The position numbers were made by a program, and so were the translations under genes. The notes beneath the pieces were generated by a model. That model searched no databases. It was not told where the DNA came from and saw only the letters and a list, made by a program, of their open reading frames with translations. This document shows, piece after piece, positions 58,310-64,000 of a stretch of 64,000 bases of DNA (positions are counted from its first letter, which is position 1; every line of letters begins with the position of its first letter). Origin of the DNA: the human T2T-CHM13v2.0 reference genome, Homo sapiens; assembly GCF_009914755.1 (NCBI RefSeq), contig NC_060928.1. The stretch is one strand, 5' to 3'.

Positions 58310-58900
58310 TTTCTTGCCAAATGAAGTAATAGACACTCTGCTAGATGTCAAGAATACAAGTGGTGAACAAGATAGATAAGCTTCCTGATCTTAGCATATG
58401 GTCTTCGGAATGGGAAGAGAGGATATAGACAAATTAATTTTAATACCATGTGAAAAATGTTGTGCTAGGCCAAGTATAGCATGGTCTGAGTACTGGTGGG
58501 AGCATGGAAAGATTACCTGAGTGATTACTATATAAGCTGAGGTCTGAAGGATGACCTAGCCAGATAAAGGGTGAAAAATATTCTCATCAGAAGCAACTGT
58601 AACAACCCGAAGGAAGTGTGAGACCATAGAACTGGAAATTCATGTTGTTGGAATGGAGAATGTGAGGGCAGGTGTGTGAGAAATGAGGCTAGAGAGATAA
58701 GTAGATAGTAGATCCTGCAAAACCTTGAAAACCATATTGAAGAGTTTAGTCTTTACCTAAAAGGCAATGGAGAGCCACTAAATGCTATAAAAATGGGAGT
58801 GTCTCAGTTGGGTTCACATTTTAGAAAACTGTCTCTGTCTAGTTTGAAGAATTGATTGCGGGACTGACAGTACTAGAGACATGGGAAACAAGTTCAGTCA
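58310..58900 (-). mobile_element. L2 fragment
   Basis: aagctgaggtctgaaggatga..aatgaggctagagagataag..gagtttagtctttacctaaaaggcaatggagagccact. Confidence 0.6.
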
Positions 58901-59493
58901 TCAAGGGCAAAAGAGGAGTGAGACTTAGGACATTCTCAAGGATATATATTTTAAAACAAATTTACTGAACATTTTGTGTTCTTCATGTGTTGGTTTTACA
59001 CTACAGTTCAAAAGTATTACCATGCTAAATTTTAAGTTCTAAACTTATGTTTTTAATGTCATAATTATAGTAACCTCTATTAAAATATGCAAAATGGAGA
59101 CGTTATTTTTCACAGCTTTATGAAAGCTATTACTACAAATATTACTTTGTATTCTTTTAAAAGTACCTAAAATGTACAAAAATGTATTTGGAGCTTTTGC
59201 CAAAAGCATATTTTGTTTTAGCTTAATTGTTTGAAAAATATTTTTAAAAACTATTAAATACTCAAGCATTATGCTAAAAGCTTGAATAAAAGGTTAACTC
59301 AGGTTTATCCCATTTTATTATACACTTGTTAAGCTTGGCCTTGCAAAGTGTTAAACTTTGAATTGAATGTCAGCAACATAAAAATGCAAATTAGGAATTT
59401 TATGTTGTTAATTATAAATGGGTCCATTGTCTCTGAAATATAGTCTGGAAAATATAGGAGTAAATTCAGTAGCAGATACTTTATAAGTTGCTA

Positions 59494-59840
<347 letters not shown>

Positions 59841-60279
59841 TTTCGGGTTATGTAAAGAAAGCACATTTAAAATTTTGGTGAACTGTGAGGCTATATAATA
59901 TTACTTAGAGAATGAGTATTTTATTGAAAACAACAAACTCATAAAATCCCTAGTATTATCTCACAAGTCATAAATTCGTCTCACATAGCCCCTATTATTT
60001 TGTGTTTCATTTAGCTGCCAAACCACATCAGAATGATAGTTCTCTTCAGAATTGGAATTCAACCTATTTGTATCATTTTTGGTTAGGCTCCTTCTGTTAG
60101 TAGCAGCTTAGGCATAGGAAGGCCTTAGTGATTTTCAGATTTTACACCTGTTTTACCTATAGGACAGTAGAGTTTTCTTCTGGAAGAACTTTTGTTTGTT
60201 TAGTAAAGAACCCCAGCAGACAGTAGGGAGGGATTTGAGTGACTGTAATGTCCTCAGCTACAGTTGTCTCCATTTGCAT

Positions 60280-63262
60280 TTAAGATTTTTATTGATATGT
60301 TTTGTTGTTCTCATATTGTTAATTGGTTTTTGGTTATTTTGTATAATCTTTGTTCCTTTCTTTTTGCCTGATTGTTTCTCATTATGGTTTGGTGGTTTTC
60401 TGTATTGGTGCCGTTTGAGTCTTTTCTCTTTGTCATTTATGTGTTTGCTTTACCTGTGAGTTTTGTATGTTCATGTGTTTTGATGATGGTAAATGTTGCC
60501 CTTTTGCTTCCAGGTTTAGCGCTCCGTTGAGCATTTATTGTAGTGCCTGTCTACTGGTGATGAATTACCTCAGCTTTTGCTTATCTGGGAAAGACTTTAT
60601 TTCTCCTTCTGGTAATTTTGTTGGATATAGTATCCTTGGCTGGACAGTTTTTTTCTTTCTATACTTCAAATATGTCATACCATTTTCTCCTGGCTTCTGT
60701 CTCCTGAGAAATCCACTGATAGTCTTATGGGGGTTCCTTTATAGGTGATTAGACACTTTTCTTGCTGTTTTTAGAATTCTCTATTGTTGACTTTAGACTT
60801 TTTGACTATAATGTGCCATAGAGAAGATCTTTTTGTATTGTATCAGTTTGGTGATCTGAGAGCCTCCTGTATCTGGATGCCTAAATCTCTTGCTAGACTT
60901 GGACAGTTTTCATTTATTGTTATATTAAATAGGTTTTCTAACACTTTCATTCTCTCTTCACCCTCTGGGACCCCGATAATATGAATATTTGGTCACTTTA
61001 TGTTGTCTCATGTCATGAATACTTTCCTCATTCTTTTTTATTCTTTATTTTTTTCTGATTGGGTTCTTTCAAAAGACCTGTCTTCAAGTTCTGAGATTCT
61101 TTTTTTTTTTTTTTTTTTTTTTTGAGACTGAGTCTCACTCTATCACCCAGGCTGGAGTGCAGTGGGGCACGATCTTGGCTCACTGAAACCTCCACCTCCC
61201 GAGTTCAAGCAATTCTCCTGCCTCAACCTCCTGTGCAGCTGGGATTACAGGCACGTGCCACCACACCCAGCTAATTTTTGTATTTTTAGTAGAGGCGGGG
61301 TTTCACCATGTTGGCCAGGCTCGTCTCAAACTCCTGACCTCAGGTGATCCACCTGCCTCAGCCTCTCAAAGTGCTGGCATTACAGGCATAAGCCACCGCA
61401 CTCAGCCAAGTTCTGAGATTCTTTCTTCTGCATGAGCTAGTCTATTATTGAAGTTTTTGAATGTATTTTGTATTTCAAGCAATGAATTCTTCAATTCCAG
61501 AATTTCCGTTTGGTTCTTTTTTTATGATCTTTATCTCTTTGGTAAATTTCTCATTCATATCCTGAATTGTTTTTCTGATTTCTCTCTATTGTTTTTCAGA
61601 ATTCTCTTGTATCTTCATCTTGAGAATCAGTAGTTTGAATTCTTTTTCCAAGGTTTCCTGAATTTCTTTTTGGTTGGGATCTGTTGCTGGAGAATCATTG
61701 TGATCCTTTGGAGGTATTATATTTCCTTGCTTGTTCATGTTTTTTGTGTCTTTACATTGATATCTGGTGTAATCGTTTCTCCATTAGTTTGAATTTGCTA
61801 TTGTAGGGGAGGACTTTTTCCTGAAGTTGTATCTATGCTATTGGGTGAGTAGGCTACTTTGACTTTGATTCTTGTGCAAGCAGTAGTGTACTCTCTGTAT
61901 AATTTCTTTGGCTGTATACAGCATTAGTGGTATCTGTGATTTTCCTCAGTGGATTAAGTGTACAGTTATTAGTGGAAGCTGTGGTGAAGTTTTGCTTTAG
62001 ATGTCAGATAGGTCACTCTTTGGGCCCCAGTTGTAGCAGTGGTGGGCTGAGCATGCCTGTCCTTTGGCCCCAGGGTGGTATATGCCGGCACCAGTGTTAA
62101 TGGGTCCAGGCGAGTGGATTTTTGGGCCTCCAGATGGCTTACTTGGATGCCAGTAGTGGCGGCAGTGGGCCAGGCAGGTGGGCAGGTTCTTGGACCTCTA
62201 GGCAGCTAGCATAGCATGGGCAATGGCAGTGGCAGTAGCAGACGACCCTTTGGGTCCTGAGTAGTGTGCATGGGTATTGGCAGTGGCTGTGATGGGCTGG
62301 GCGGACCAGTCTCCAGGTCCTCAGGGAGTGCATGCAACTAGGTGCCAGCTGAGGTGGTAGCAGCTGAGTGGGTAGTCCAACCTCAGGTCCTCTGGAAGAG
62401 TGTTCAGGTGCCAGTGGTAGTGGACTGGGCTGGGCAATGCTGTGGCCCCCAGACTATGTGTTCTGGCACAGCTGCGGGGGGTGGGGAAGCCAGGTTGGGT
62501 AGGCATGTCCTCAGGCCCCCCATGGTGTGTACAGGTGTGCTAGCTGTGGTGGGGAGGGGTGGGGTGCAGAATGCGTGAGTAGGAGGTGGCAACAGCTGTG
62601 CTTCTGCACTTCCACTGGAGAGGGTGGTGCTGCCTTTAGTGACTGGCGGCAGCCTAGGCTGGTGGATAGAGAACATCTATGCCCCTTAGATCTCGGCCCC
62701 TGCAGTGCTTGTGCCTCAGCCCTGGATACAGTAGTCTGCTATCACTTGCACCTAAGTCCTAGGGCCTGCAGCCCATGCTTCTCTTGTTTTTCAGGACAGT
62801 GTGAGATCTGTTGGGAGCAGAGCTCTGAAATGGCACCTTGCCGTATCTGCTTAGATCTCAGGGAGCATGTGGGACCCAGAGTGAGCTTCCTTTCTGGGGC
62901 AGTGCCATCACACAATCTCCTGGCAGCTCCCTGCATTTGTTTCAGGGCCCATGAGGGTCCAGGGGCTCTCCTGTAGCTAGGATTGCAAGAGTCCACAGTG
63001 GGAATGTAGACTTCTTAGGGTCTGTCATTTACCTCTTTCCCATATTGGGAAGTCTCCCTTTGCCTCCCAGCTGATCCTGGCAGAGCAGGTTGCCTTGCTT
63101 CCTTCTCCTTCCTTGCTTTAGATATTTCCTGTCACTTTTCTGTTGGATTCCAGTGGTCTCTCTTGGATGATGTATTCGAGGTGTGATATCTACTCTTTTG
63201 GTTCTTCTTAATGGAGGAAGGGAGTGCGAAATGCCTCTAATCAGCCATCTTGAAGCCCCTCT
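60280..63262 (-). mobile_element. Old L1M 5' portion (5'UTR + ORF1 remnant) with an antisense AluS at ~61103-61406
   Basis: 5' end ..cagccatcttgaagcccc at ~63242-63260; GC-rich UTR 62000-63260; Alu TSD CAAGTTCTGAGATTCTTT at 61085-61102 and 61407-61424. Confidence 0.78.
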
Positions 63263-63529
63263 CTTAAGTTTTCTTTTCTAAGAGGCCATAGGTGACAAGA
63301 TGAAAGGTATCTCTATAACTGCTTGAAAAGTTAGGTAATCAGAATTATCTATCATATGTACTATTTAATAACACATTACTTAGCTCCCCTCCTCTCAGAT
63401 AGTACTGCTATTATATCTCTTTTCCAGAAATTTACACAATATTCTATGACAGGAGAATGATTCAGATGAGTGTTGTTCTTTCTGATAAAGTTCCAAGGAT
63501 ACATCTAACATAACCATTCTGGACCTACA

Positions 63530-63860
63530 CAGTCAGCTGTCTTTATCCCAGCTTCTGTATCCCAGGGTCCACATCCACAGATTCAACCAACTGCACTGAA
63601 AATGTTTGGGGAAAATGAAATAAAATGAAAAATAACAATACAATTAAAAATAATACAGATTTAAAAACAATATAGTATAACAACTATTTACATGACATTT
63701 ACATTGTATTTGGTATTTTAAGTAATCTAGAGATTAAAGTATACGGGGAGGATGTGTATAGAGTATAGGCAAATATTAGGCATTTTATATAAGGGACTTG
63801 AGCATCCGCATGTATTTTGGTATCCAAGGGATCCTGGAACCAAACTTCCAAAGGACAATC
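63530..63860 (-). mobile_element. MER2/Tigger3a-type element
   Basis: Homologous to 20241-20554 (gattcaaccaac..gtaatctagag..ttttatataagggacttgagcatccg..cctggaacca). Confidence 0.78.
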
Positions 63861-64000
63861 CTGTGCCATTTGTATGTTGTTTGTGTTCAGATGTTAGGGT
63901 TTTCTTACATTTTTTGTATTTTGAGGGGTGTTTTGGTACTTTTTTCCTTAAGGAAAGCTGTTATACTCACTAAAACATAAGCCACTGAAAAGCTGTCAAG

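Noticed and set aside
62139-62996. GC-rich region with ORFs; possible promoter or CpG island
   Set aside because: CpG-poor 5'UTR of an old L1M; likewise 25300-27550 and 50200-51570 are L1 5'UTRs

Overview
Primate (almost certainly human) intronic DNA, very rich in repeats. The only protein-coding sequence I can support is a 102-nt + strand exon (36819-36920). It carries the start codon and first 31 codons (MAQESPKNSAAEIPVTSNGEVDDSREHSFNR) of ARFIP1/arfaptin-1, so the window is the intron upstream of that exon plus most of the next intron. Two retrocopies are present. One is a disabled NSA2 processed pseudogene (- strand, ~2974-3955, with TSD). The other is a 5'-truncated HERV-W/LTR17 processed copy (env tail + PPT + U3-R + poly(A) + TSD, 49023-49538), sense to the host gene and nested in an L1PB. 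The rest comprises two near-full-length, oppositely oriented L1PB elements bracketing the coding exon, older L1M fragments, a two-LTR MST element, ~15 Alus (one AluYa5), L2/MIR and DNA-transposon fossils (MER44, MER20, MER63, MER58, MER2, MER5), a 28-bp AT-rich palindromic VNTR and some local duplications. I see no convincing undescribed biological system. The best leads are the HERV-W retrocopy, two candidate cassette exons upstream of the ATG exon, and the inverted-repeat architecture. Repeat subfamily names come from recalled consensus features, not a RepeatMasker run, and boundaries of old repeats are approximate.
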